Below, one piece after another: positions 53,401 to 64,000 of a stretch of DNA of 64,000 bases. The position numbers and the translations under genes are program-made. Source of the stretch: Yuukianura sp. NJ FZ-2021 (lineage: Eukaryota); NCBI GenBank assembly GCA_046563655.1, contig JAJCTO010000014.1, positions 186,001 through 250,000 on the forward strand, read 5' to 3'. The notes under the pieces are model-generated. The model worked only from the letters and a program-made list of their open reading frames with translations, was not told the DNA's origin and ran no database searches. Position 1 is the first letter of the stretch. Each line of letters opens with the position of its first letter.

Positions 53401-53923
53401 AATGTTGCACTCGTCATGAAAAGTTGAGAAAATGGTTTTTGGTTGTCAAAAAAGTGTAAAATATGTTCTCAGAAATGCATTTTGTAACAGTAATTTGAAT
53501 TTTGCTTAAAAAGGACGAAATACTCCGTCCTTTTTAAGCAAACACTTTTTCGGAAAACTCTTTTTTGGTTTTTTTTTTTTAAATTCTTGATTTTTTTTTT
53601 TAAAAAATCGCGGTGTATGTACATGTAGTAAGGCAATTGACAAGAAACTCCAGAATTTTTGTATCATATTATTCCAAAAAAAAATCGGAATTTGTGTCAA
53701 ACTAACCCGGCACCAACATTATGTTGGATTGTGTATTTAATTTTGGGTCAAATATGTGAGAAAATATGGAGGCATAAATCCGGCCACTTGTGCCACCCCA
53801 CAAAAAAAATGGCGTCGCCCTCGAATCGTAACAATATTTCAATTTAGTCAGCCGTGGTAACCAATGGAAATTAAAAGAGGGCCGAAAACCAAACACCACG
53901 AAAATAACTCAGGGTTCAAGAGG
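50448..53923. mobile_element. piggyBac-like non-autonomous element
   Basis: TTAA TSD; TIR CCTCTTGAACCCT / AGGGTTCAAGAGG; ~43-bp subterminal repeats containing the palindrome AATACGACTTTAGTCGTATT. Confidence 0.88.
50926..53078. repeat. 15-bp minisatellite (GATCAGACTTTTCTG) with 90-bp higher-order period
   Basis: Six 15-mer variants repeat in fixed order about 22 times. Confidence 0.97.
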
Positions 53924-54935
53924 TTAAATTCTGAATGTGGAGAGAGGCGACTCTGCCATCGCTGTACTATGAGTCCTTCCTAGACGTGATCAAATTTCCG
54001 ACAATTCCAAAAACAACACAAGTGTTAGCGGTCAAAGTTTGAAGTTACGGCCCCATGCAAACCGGGTAGAAACTTCGCTCACGGGGGTTCTAAAAGCCGA
54101 TGCAAACTTTTGAATCATTTAAAAAAATTTCCCTCCTCACGAACTGAGGGGTTTTAGCGTTCAAAAGTTTAAATTCTGAATGTGGAGAGAGGCGACTCTG
54201 CCATCGCTGTACTATGAGCCCTTCCTAGACGTGATCAAATTTCCGACAATTCCAAAAACAACACAAGTGTTAGCGGTCAAAGTTTGAAGTTACGGCCCCA
54301 TGCAAACCGGGTAGAAACTTCGGTCACGGGGGGTTCTATAAGCCGATGCAAACTTTTGAATCATTTAAAAAAAATTTCCCTCACGAACTGAGGGGTTTTA
54401 GCGTTCAAATGTTTAAATTCTGAATGTGGAGAGAGGCGTCTCTGCCATCGCTGTACTATGAGTACTTCCTAGACGTGATCAAATTTCCGACAATTCCAAA
54501 AACAACACAAGTGTTAGCGGTCAAAGTTTGAAGTTACGGCCCCATGCAAACCGGGTAGAAACTTCGCTCACGGGTGATGAGGGAGGTAAGCCACTTCTGC
54601 CCCCGCAAATCTCAAGTTGCCCCAAGTTTTGATGACATGATGGCAAAAAATGCAGAATGCTTTTTTGCCATTCATGTCACATTGTTTTTTGCGCCGAATT
54701 GACACGACGTCTTTTCGGCAGAGAATGTAATACATCTTTATGTCATTCAGCCGTTTCTGGTGTGATGACAAAAAGACAGATTGACATTGTACTACATTGC
54801 TCCTTTTGTCTGAAGGAAAAAACTGCACTGTGTCTATAAGTGCACATATAGCAGTCTGTTCCTTTGTTCAGTTTAGAATTAGAATTTAGAGAATTAGCTT
54901 TAGAGTTTAGAATTTGTTACATTCAATCTTACAAA

Positions 54936-55621
54936 ATGTCGAAAGGAAAATCACCACGTCAAATCAAGGCTGATAGGAAAGCCAAGGAAGCAGCAGGTGT
55001 GCAACACGTAAGATTAATCAAAAAATTAATTGAAATTTTTTTATGTTAGTTCTCATCCAGTTTATTTCATTTCTCTTGGAATTATTTTAGTTTTGTGTGA
55101 ACAAACAAAACCAACCAAAAGGTCGTGGTGCAGAGATAAAAGAAAATGGAGGAACCAAGGTAATACGCTTCATTTCTCGTCGTCGTACATTCAGTCTTGT
55201 TTATGGTCAAACCGGATTTGTCATGTACATCAAAAGTAGAAGTAGAAACGTGCGCGGGGTTTTGCAAAAAACCTGTACGTTTTTGGGGACATGCTTTCAT
55301 GCGTATTTAAACAAAATTTGCGCATGCGCACAAAACATTAAATTTGTTCAAGTTCAAAAAAATAAGCGAAGTTTTGTCTCTTGTCTAAACGTCTCCACTT
55401 TCAAATTTGCGCATGCGTACCAAACTTTTAAAAATTTGAATGTGGAAAGGTACATGGCATTCCAGAAAACGTCTACGACAGTCTTATGTTACGTTATTAG
55501 TACTTGTTTTGATTCTTTTAATTTCTTATTTAGAAAAAAAATAACATGTTCCGAGCCATGGGTACAGACGTCCAAGCCCGTCAAATTCAAAATTGGGCTG
55601 TACAGCAATATGAAATTGTAA
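54936..55621 (+). CDS. Putative small basic protein, about 3 exons
   Basis: TATA-like CTATAAG upstream; MSKGKSPRQIKADRKAKEAAGVQH|FCVNK...GGTK|KKITC...MKL joined through GT-AG sites; AATAA-rich 3' region. No family recognised. Confidence 0.35.
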
Positions 55622-55984
55622 AAATTTATCTTTATAGAAACAAATAACTATTGAAAAAATATGTCAACTGACTTTGTAAAATAATTTATAGAACAAACCG
55701 GAGAAAATCAACCAACTCAAGCGCCTTAAGAGACAGTTTGAGCGAGATCGCAAACGCGATAAAAAGAACAAAGAGGAAAAGTCCAGGATTTCCTTGGAAG
55801 CAAAGCAGAAAAAATGACTTGTGGTGCATGTGCATTACTATTACGTCGAATTTGACTTTCAATGACCTAACCTAACCTTTTTCTCTTTTAAGTCTAACAT
55901 ATTAAAAAAATGTTCAAATAATTTTTATTGGTTACAGAATTAATTTTTCAAATTTTTATTGCATTTTCAAGGAAGGACCTTTAA

Positions 55985-57448
55985 TTATTCGAGTTGTTTA
56001 GACTCAACGTAACACTTGTATGCCATATCAATGGCTTTTTTCAAATTCGGTAGGTATTGGACCTCGATGTTAATTCCCCGTCTTCCATCTGGGGCTCCGT
56101 TCACAAAATGTCGGACCATCACGTACCACTTTTTCTTGAACTCATGCCATTTCACGTGTACATCTTGACCAATGTGGACGTCTCCTGAACGCATGCTAAC
56201 TTCGGACAAGCTTCCATGTTCAGTCGGAGCGAAATCAATGACCAGCTCCTACAGGAAACAGCGTTAGAGTAAAAGCTATTCTTATAAAATGCAGTATTTT
56301 CTGTTTTAATAGTGAACTCACATTGGACTTTTTCTTCTTTTTCTTCAACGTATACGAATCATACGATTCGGCATCAGAATCACTCTCAAAGTCAGAAGCG
56401 CTCTGCAAATAAGAACAAACGCGTATGATTCAAACCTAAGCCACAAACTCCAAAAATGGTTTAATTTTAAATATACCTCAGTTATCTTCTTTTTCAACAA
56501 CTGCCTTTTTGCAGTACGCGCATTACGAACACCTTGAGTGTCAATTCCTTTTGATGTTGATGGTTGACTTACGGCATCCTTCCCACTCTTTTGAGCGTTC
56601 TTCTCAGTTCCATAGACAACCTAAATCATTATTTTGTCAGATAGTGTACATTGTTTTAAAACTTAAATTTAAATTAGAATTCAAAATGTTTGCAGTTTAC
56701 CTTCGTAACGCCTCTGCGCAAAGGTTTCGGCACCGTCTTTTTTCCAACTTTCGGTTTCACCTTCGTTGCACTCGCGGCTTCAAAGTCTGGCTGCAAATTC
56801 TGTTGAAAACAATAGACAAAAAAGAATGTTTCATTCGCTTTAAGCTGCATTATTTTTTTTTGCCTCATGTTCTCACCTTTACAAATGGTGGTTTTGGAAC
56901 CATCATTTTCTTTTGGACGCTGAGAATTCTGATCTCGTCGTCTGCCACCGTCTGGGTCTTTTCACTTCCGCTTTCGTCACTTTCAATTTCACCTGGTCCT
57001 TCATCATCATCCTCCAATTCCTCTTCCTCTTCTTCATCGCCCGGAAGGAATTCAGGATCCGATTCCTGCATGTCAAATGAACATTTTAAAATTTAAATTA
57101 AATATATACAACACTGCACATACAGAGCATGTCACTGAATTAACACTGACCTCAGCATCCGCAACTGCCCGCTTCCTCATCGACTGTTTTACCGCTTCCT
57201 TGTACTGCTGGCTGCGAGCGATAGGGTTAGTTTTGGCTATCGCAAGCTCAGCATCTTCATTAAGTTCGACGATTTTTTCGTCAACTTTTTTCACCTCAGA
57301 GTCCATCGAGTTAGCTGAAATTAAGAAAACGAAATAAAAAATGGGACCTTTACTTTTAGAAAAACAAAAATCAATGCGACTTGAATATACAGAAACGAAA
57401 TTGCATTGAAACATTGGTAAACTCACCCTTCCTCAGCCGTATGGCCAT
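55985..57448 (-). CDS. 7-exon gene: acidic/basic low-complexity N-terminus and C-terminal PC4-like ssDNA-binding domain
   Basis: Six GT-AG introns give one open frame from MAIRLRK; last exon HIGQDVHVKWHEFKKKWYVMVRHF...RRGINI resembles PC4/p15. Confidence 0.7.
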
Positions 57449-58105
57449 AGTTGGTGCGAGTGTTCAGTTCCAAGCGCAAGCGACTGCGTTAGTTGATCAG
57501 CACTGGAGCTTGTTTCTTGTCTTAAGTTAAAAACTTGACTGAAAGTGACTAAAACCGTAGAAGGCCCTTCCCAAGACAAATTATGAGCTGCTTATTACAG
57601 TTCGGGACTTAGCAACAGCATTGCCAAGGACATTTCAGTATCTTTCAATTCGTGGGAAATGTCGATCCAATGATTTTCTCAATTTCGTAAAATGTGCAAA
57701 TTAACAGAATTTTTGAATAAAGTTTTCACCTTAGTCAGCGGAAATTCTAGAAAAGTAATAGAAGAAATCTAACATTTCTCTAAAAGTGTACTCCAAAAAA
57801 TCAAAGAAAACTCTTAAGACTGTGTCAAATAAGGGTACTAATAAGGGCACTAATCTAACATTTGAAGTACCTTGAGTTGTATAAGTGTTACGTTCCTTTA
57901 CCATCGTGTTCATATCTTCATTTGAAAAATAATTAGTGCATCCTGTTTTTATTCTTGATTATTCTGAGTTTGTTAGCAAAACAGAACAAAAAAATCAAAA
58001 CAAGTAACAGACAGCGCCATCTTTGGGGAACTATACGAATTTGTCTTTCATATTCATATCGTGAGAGGGAATAAACACTTCAGTTAATTATTTGTTTAAT
58101 TTCTA

Positions 58106-61100
58106 GTGTTTGAAAACATGGATCAGATCCATCCAAAGTCCTCATTTTGTGACGTATGTGGTAAACAGAAATTTCGGAAGCTTGAATACCTTAAACATGT
58201 TTCTCAATGCAGAAGGAAGTGTGCAAGAAACAAACGTGAACGTGAATCTCCAAACTACAAGTGTGTTGTGTGTCGAAAAAGATTTGGTTCTCATTTGCGA
58301 CTAGAAAACCACTCTGCGGTTGCGCACTCACGAGTGCTGCATTCTCAAATTGCAGAGAGTATGTGTCGACGACTTCAGGTTGGGGGCTCCCTTTCTAAGA
58401 ACTGTGGAATATATCCTTTCAAGAAAATTCAAGCTTTCCGAGGTTACGTTCGGACATATCGTCATCTGCTTAGAAAGTCTGTTTCTTGTCTCAATTTGTA
58501 CTTTTTGAAATTTGGAAACCAAGTGGAAAACATTATCAAAGAATGCTTAGTCGAATTGAAGAACATAAAGTGTCAGCTTTCTGTGAGGGTCCAGTTTAAA
58601 CGGTTCTTGTGCAATTCAAAAGACGGAAGTGACATTTTTGAATATCAAGAAAAAATGATCAACTCGAACATGCTAAACGTTTTGAATCCAAAACAAAGTC
58701 TTGTACGCTTTATGAAGATGTGTGTGTCCAAAATTGAGCAGTCTATCAATATATTTGAAGTGTATGGTTCAGGTTGGCAGTTGTCCAAAATTTGTGGTGC
58801 AGACATCAGAATTGGAAAATTTAAACCTTTTACTGGCGGGCAGTGGAAGAGGCTCCCCAAACGTTTGGAATCGAAAAAGGCCACAGTGAATATTAGGACC
58901 AGAGGAAATCACTGCTTCAAATGGGCTGTTCTTAGCTCCTTGTATCGTCCTGATAAGGAGACATCGCGTGCATCGTCTTACCAACAATTCGAACATTTGC
59001 ATGACTTTGATTGTGTTGATTATCCAGTTTCATTAAACCAAATTTGCAAATTTGAAGCAAGAAATGACGTTGCAGTGAATGTTTTTGAAGAGACTCGCTT
59101 TGATGGGATTTTACCCGTTCGAATTTCGGAGAAAAATTATTCAGCTCGTCAAACTGCAAATTTAATGCTTGTTTGTGATAAAAATTCAAACAAGTGGCAT
59201 TTTATTGGGATTCGGAGCATGAACAGTTGTTGGGGAAACGCAATTGCAGACGACGTTATTTATGCTACAATTGTCTTCAAAGAATTAAACAATGTCCAAA
59301 AACTTGCAATGAACCCGGTTGTGAACAAATGTGCCTACTACATAAGCATAGAGCTGACTGCGAAAAATTCGTTTTTCAAAAAGTTAAGATGCCGAAATTT
59401 GAAAAAGGTTGTCCGCCAGTGATGCGTTTTGAAAACTTTTCAAATCAAATGAAGATGGGATATGTTCTTTATGCTGATTTGGAATCGATATTGAAACCCG
59501 TTCGAGTATCTTCAAATGTATCGTCAACGACCAAAGAGAAACGTCACATCCCTTCAGGATTCGCCTATGCCCTCGTAAAAAATACCGGTGAGCTGGTCAC
59601 CTACCGTGTTTACAGAGGCAAGGACAGCATCAAAGTTTTTCTTGAAGACTGCTTACAAATTGCGGGCAATGTTATGGAGTTGTATAAACTCAACGTTCCC
59701 ATCAAAATGAAGGATGGTGAAGAGGAGATGTTTCAGTCAGCCGAAATTTGTCACATTTGCGGCGAAGGTTTTGAACTTGACGAAGATCCCAAGTGCAGAG
59801 ACCACTGCCATCTGACGGGTAACAAAATGAGAATATTTTTGGGAATATTCTATGAAATGGTACGACTTCGTTATTAAAACATTCACTGCGTTTAGGTTTA
59901 TATCGTGGCGCCGCTCATCAGAGGTGCAATCTGCAATTTCAACAGAAGGAAATATTACCGGTTGTGGTGAGATTAACATGTTTTTCAATTGAAGCAAGCG
60001 AACGGTTTATAATATTTTGAACCCTATTCTTCTAGATCCACAATTTCCGGGGCTATGACCATCACCTAATCGTCAAGGGACTGAATGACATTAGTGCAAG
60101 GAAAATATCGGTCATTCCGACTAACATGGAAAAATATATGTCAGTAGCAGTTGATTCCTTACGCTTCATTGATAGCCTTCAATTTCTGAATTCCTCATTA
60201 AGTGACCTTGTGAGCAACTTAAATGAGAACGGGGAAAGTGGATTTGCGATTATAAGAGAGGTGTTTGGAAGCAAATATGAATTGCTAACAAGAAAAGGTG
60301 TATACCCTTATGACTACATCGATTCGTGGCAACGATTCGACGAGCCCTGTTTGCCTGCAAAGGCAAAGTTCTTCAACACGCTTACCAATAGCCACATTAC
60401 AGATGCGGACTATGAATATGCCCTCCATACTTTCAAGTCGTTTGGTCTAGCATCCTTAGGAGAATACCATGATCTATACCTGCTAACAGATGCACTGCTG
60501 CTTGCTTGCGTGTTTGAACAGTTTAGAAGCATGGCATTGAAGAATTTTAAACTTGATCCGGCTCACTATTATTCGCTTCCTGGACTTGCCTGGGATGCAG
60601 CTTTGAAAATGTCAAAAGTAAAGTTGGAGCTCATTACCGACGTTGACATGTACATTTTCCTTGAAACTGGAATGAGAGGTATTTGATAAATACTATTATT
60701 TCTGAATTTTAATTTTTACTAACTGCTCGAACAATCGATTTAGGTGGAATCTCCCAAATTTCACATCGCTACGCGGAAGCACACAACAAATACATGAGCA
60801 ACTACAACGGACGAAATGGAGACCCAAAGCAGTTGTATATCACACTGTGGGACATGGTGAATCTGTATGGAAAAGCCATGGAAATGAAGCTGCCAGTTGG
60901 AGGTTTTGTTTTCTTAAATAAAGGTAGCGTTAATTAATTTGAAGGTTTTTTATCAGATTAACATTTTGATGTACTCTTCGAATTATTTCAGCACTTGTGA
61001 ACCAATTCAACGTTGACGATGTAAATGTTGATGACGACATTGGATACATTGCGGAAGTAGATCTACAATATCCGAGTATGTATTACACTTTATCTACATC

Positions 61101-62275
61101 TTTGCGTATACACTTATCTTTGATTTTCATTACCAACTTTACCTTTTACAGAAGAGCTCCACGACTCACATCAATGTTATCCACTTGCTTGCGAAAAGAC
61201 AACCGTCTCTTTGGAGAATTTTAGTCAATTCCAGCGGAAGTTGCTTGACTATTTGCCAATTAACTACATGGAAGCGCAGGAAAAACTTGTATGCCATTTT
61301 CAGCCGCGTAAGAAGTACATATGTCATGCCGCAAACTTGAAATTCTATGTGGATCATGGGCTGGTGATTGAGAAAATTCACAGAGTATTGGCGTTCCGTC
61401 AGAAGGCTTGGCTGAAGGAATATGTCGAGTTCAACACGTCGCAAAGACGAAGTGCCAAAAACGACTTTGACAAAATGTTCTACAAACTATGCGTCAATGC
61501 AGTTTTTGGAAAGGGGATGGAATCTGTTAGGAAGCGCATGAACGTCAAACTTGTCAACGACAGCCAGACAGCTTCCAAACTATTATCCAAGTCTCAATTT
61601 TTGTCACATGATATTTTAGGTGAAAATTTGGCGAGTTTCAGAATGCAGAAGTCATGCATCACTCTTAACAAAGCTATATATACCGGCTTCTGCGTGTTAG
61701 AGTTAAGCAAGTTACATATGGCTCGTTTCCATTTTGACTACGTCAAGGCAAAATGGGGTCAAAATGCAAAACTACTAATGACTGACACAGACAGCTTGGC
61801 ATACCTCATCCGCACCGCTGACGTATACAAAGACATTGAAGACGACTTGGAACTGTTTGACACTAGTAACTTACCCGAATCACATCCGAATTATTCGACG
61901 GCAAATGCTGGAGTCACAGGAAAAATGAAAGACGAAGTTAAAGGCCGAATACTTACAAAGTTCGTTGGACTCGCACCCAAATCATACTGCTTTGTGGGAG
62001 AAGATTACGATGAAACTCGGTTCAAGAAATCCGCAATGAAGGGCATACCGCAGAGAGTTCAAAAAATGTCCATATCATTTGAAATGCTTGAGAAGGTTTT
62101 ATTCAAGCAAAAAATTCTATCATGTACTCTACGCTCAATGCGCTCGTACAAGCACAAGATCTACAATATCAAGACAACAAAAGCTGCCTTGCATGCATTT
62201 GATTCCAAGCGATACATTTTAAACGACGGTATTACAACCCTACCGTACGGTCATTATTTGATTAATAAAAACTGA
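58106..62275 (+). CDS. polB: Protein-primed family B DNA polymerase (Polinton-type) with N-terminal C2H2 fingers and endonuclease VII-like insert; 5 introns, one frameshift near 59225
   Basis: YADLES (ExoI), CRDHCHLTG|LYRGAAHQRCNL, IHNFRGYD (ExoII), RKGVYPYDY, YLLTD (ExoIII), WDMVNLYG (A), KLCVNAVFGK (B), MTDTDS (C). Introns 59819-59895, 59967-60035, 60679-60743, 60924-60991, 61076-61151. Confidence 0.92.
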
Positions 62276-62339
62276 ATGTTCTATTTTCTGTATATTACAT
62301 CCGTTTTTTATAAGCCAAACTATTTATTTGCAGCATATT

Positions 62340-63042
62340 TTAAACGAAAACCTTAATTATAAGTGTTATTGGGGAACGGCATATTGGGCATAGTGATTGA
62401 GTTGTACAGCATTCCAGACATGTAGCCATATGACAGCACGGAGCGTACATGTAGGAGACTTGGCGCGTCATACAAATCTTGCATCTCAGAATCGACTTGA
62501 GATTATCCAATTCTATGGAAAAGAAAATATATAAAAAATGGTACAGTACAATGCATAAGTTATGTTCAATTGCTTCACTTTTTTTCTACCTGTTTCGATA
62601 CTTCCTCCGGACTCCATGTCACAAAGATCCTTGGTTGCCGAAACCTGTATTTTGCAAAATGCACGCTGTTAAAGAAGTGTTTAGTCTGATAATTTTGCTT
62701 CCAATCATTTTCGCTTACATTCGTAACTGGGTGCTGTAGGATTAAATAGGCGCAGTTTGGAGCATGAATACGGTGTTCCAACCAAGGTGAATCGTGTTGA
62801 CTCCAAGAAGTCAGACATAACCCACAGTAGAAACAAATTACAGCGTCCTCAAACTCGGTAAAAAAGAATCCAGCCTTTGCCAGATTTGCAACAGGAGGGA
62901 AGCAATCCTTAACAGACGAATCGAAGCTCGATAACCTGCTTTCAATTGTTGCGTACTGTTCGAAGTCCGGACCTTTATTTGTTAATACTACCAGAGGCAT
63001 GTTGATCACCTCTACGTTGGTCGGTATTTCACTTTCTGACAT
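62340..63042 (-). CDS. iap: Inhibitor of apoptosis protein (single BIR + C-terminal RING), 3 exons
   Basis: BIR RLSSF...LAKAGFF...CFYC...W...PWLEHRIHAPNC; after two GT-AG introns, RING CKICMTRQVSYMYAPCCHMATCLECCTTQSLCPICR. Confidence 0.88.
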
Positions 63043-63073
63043 TGTTGTAGTATTAACTCCAAAAATCTACTGA

Positions 63074-63937
63074 TTAGAAAATGCTCCAAGCAGATTTCGC
63101 AACTGGGGTTTGATAATGCTCATCAGATGTATCCCCGGTCGCCGAAGCATCCGTTTCGCCTTCCATGCCATCCCTCTCCTCCTCCTCCTCCTCTTCAACG
63201 CTTTCTTCATCCTCCTCCTCTTCCTCCTCTTCGCCTTCTTCTAGCGGTTGGTTAACCATTGGAGTATTTTGGGCCAGTAGTGTTACCGTACTCAAATTTA
63301 GCTTGTTTCTAATATGAATTCCGAGCAACTCCTTTGGTATATTAACCTTTTTTAAAATGTAAATAAATGTTCGAACTCCTTTTGGTGGAGTGACCTTCGC
63401 CGGAGGCTTGAGAACGTATGCCAGCAATTCAATAATGTTTGCACCATTCCTGGGTACGCCTTTAAATGAAACTTGACCCGATTCATCCCAGGATATGTCA
63501 TTAAAAGCAGATGTAGAAAGGACTTGCATTATTTTCATGGCAGGTAGCTGGTACTTTTTTGGAAGAAACTTAGCTAGATGATTGTTGTACAAAGCCTGGT
63601 CGACGGTCGTTCCTGCATCGCGTTTTATATTTTCTTCGGGGTCCGTCTTTGTACTTTTGGGTGTCGTAGGAAGCTTTCCCGGTTTATAAACTTCAACCTG
63701 AAGTGGAGTGTTCATTAGAGCCGAAAAATTTGCGTGCAGTCCCTTCACCATACTATTGAATAAGGCTAATTTGATGTCATCGGAAATAGAATTCCATTTT
63801 GGAATATTTGTTGCTGCTGCTTGCTTCCTTTGGAATAGTTGAACTGATGCAGACTTATGTAAAAGTTGAGGAGCTCGTTGGATGGCAATAAGCTTTTCGT
63901 ACTCCAGATGCGGTATCAATTTCATTTTTTTGGACAT
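63074..63937 (-). CDS. Conserved Polinton/Maverick-type protein of unknown function, acidic tail
   Basis: 287-aa intronless ORF with ISWDESGQV...GANIIELL...PKG..TF...L...NIP pattern that I recall from Polinton core ORFs (not verified). Confidence 0.6.
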   Translation of the reverse strand: MSKKMKLIPHLEYEKLIAIQRAPQLLHKSASVQLFQRKQAAATNIPKWNSISDDIKLALFNSMVKGLHANFSALMNTPLQVEVYKPGKLPTTPKSTKTDPEENIKRDAGTTVDQALYNNHLAKFLPKKYQLPAMKIMQVLSTSAFNDISWDESGQVSFKGVPRNGANIIELLAYVLKPPAKVTPPKGVRTFIYILKKVNIPKELLGIHIRNKLNLSTVTLLAQNTPMVNQPLEEGEEEEEEEDEESVEEEEEEERDGMEGETDASATGDTSDEHYQTPVAKSAWSIF

Positions 63938-64000
63938 TATAAACCCACAAGGTGAGTTAATGCGTTAGCTGCAAGACCGCCAAGTATCGACAAAGCTGGT
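63936..64000 (-). CDS. 3' end of an upstream ORF with a hydrophobic C-terminus, stop overlapping the next start (TAATG)
   Basis: ...PALSILGGLAANALTHLVGL-stop; TAA shares a base with the ATG at 63937. Confidence 0.4.

Larger units (their letters stand above)
45648..54574. repeat. ~245-bp tandem satellite, about 13 units in three blocks (45648-45944, 48270-50447, 53924-54574)
   Basis: Unit CTGTACTATGAGTCCTTCCTAGACGTGATC...TCTGCCATCG recurs at 48271, 48516, 48763, 49008 and onward; register is kept across both insertions. Confidence 0.97.
54575..64000. mobile_element. Polinton/Maverick-like (polintovirus) element, partial; continues beyond the right edge
   Basis: Protein-primed PolB with endonuclease VII-like insert, PC4-domain gene, IAP and tightly packed Polinton-type ORFs. 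Integrase, ATPase, capsid genes and TIRs are not in the window. Confidence 0.75.

Noticed and set aside
54834..54840. ATAAG as a baculovirus-type late promoter
   Set aside because: Too short to be significant in AT-rich DNA and equally read as a TATA box.

Overview
Eukaryotic (animal, compact-intron, probably arthropod) genomic window that passes from a host gene block into a heavily nested mobile-element zone. 1-14.1 kb: 5' two-thirds of an axonemal inner-arm dynein heavy chain gene (DNAH7-like, minus strand). 14.6-16.4 kb: EXD1/Egalitarian-like gene with two tandem 3'-5' exonuclease domains. 16.4-19.5 kb: stacked Tc1/mariner, hAT and Harbinger elements. 20.9-25.3 kb: 3' exons of an MRL-family (RA-PH, lamellipodin/pico) gene carrying two exonic MITE insertions. 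25.4-28.9 kb: nested DNA elements. 29.3-44.4 kb: a minus-strand Ty3/gypsy retrotransposon that carries, where env would be, an intronless 593-aa Rrp6/RNase D-like DEDDy exonuclease-HRDC-zinc knuckle gene with its own splice acceptor (top finding). A second, Mag-like gypsy and a hAT MITE are nested inside it. 44.4-45.6 kb: truncated MePCE/Bin3 gene. 45.6-54.6 kb: ~245-bp satellite invaded by a solo-LTR-like element and a piggyBac-like element. 54.6-64 kb: Polinton/Maverick-like element whose genes (protein-primed PolB with 5 introns, PC4-domain gene, BIR-RING IAP) carry spliceosomal introns. A MULE-like MITE family appears able to splice itself out of exons in frame (Introner-like). All family calls come from motif recognition by eye; no database searches were run.
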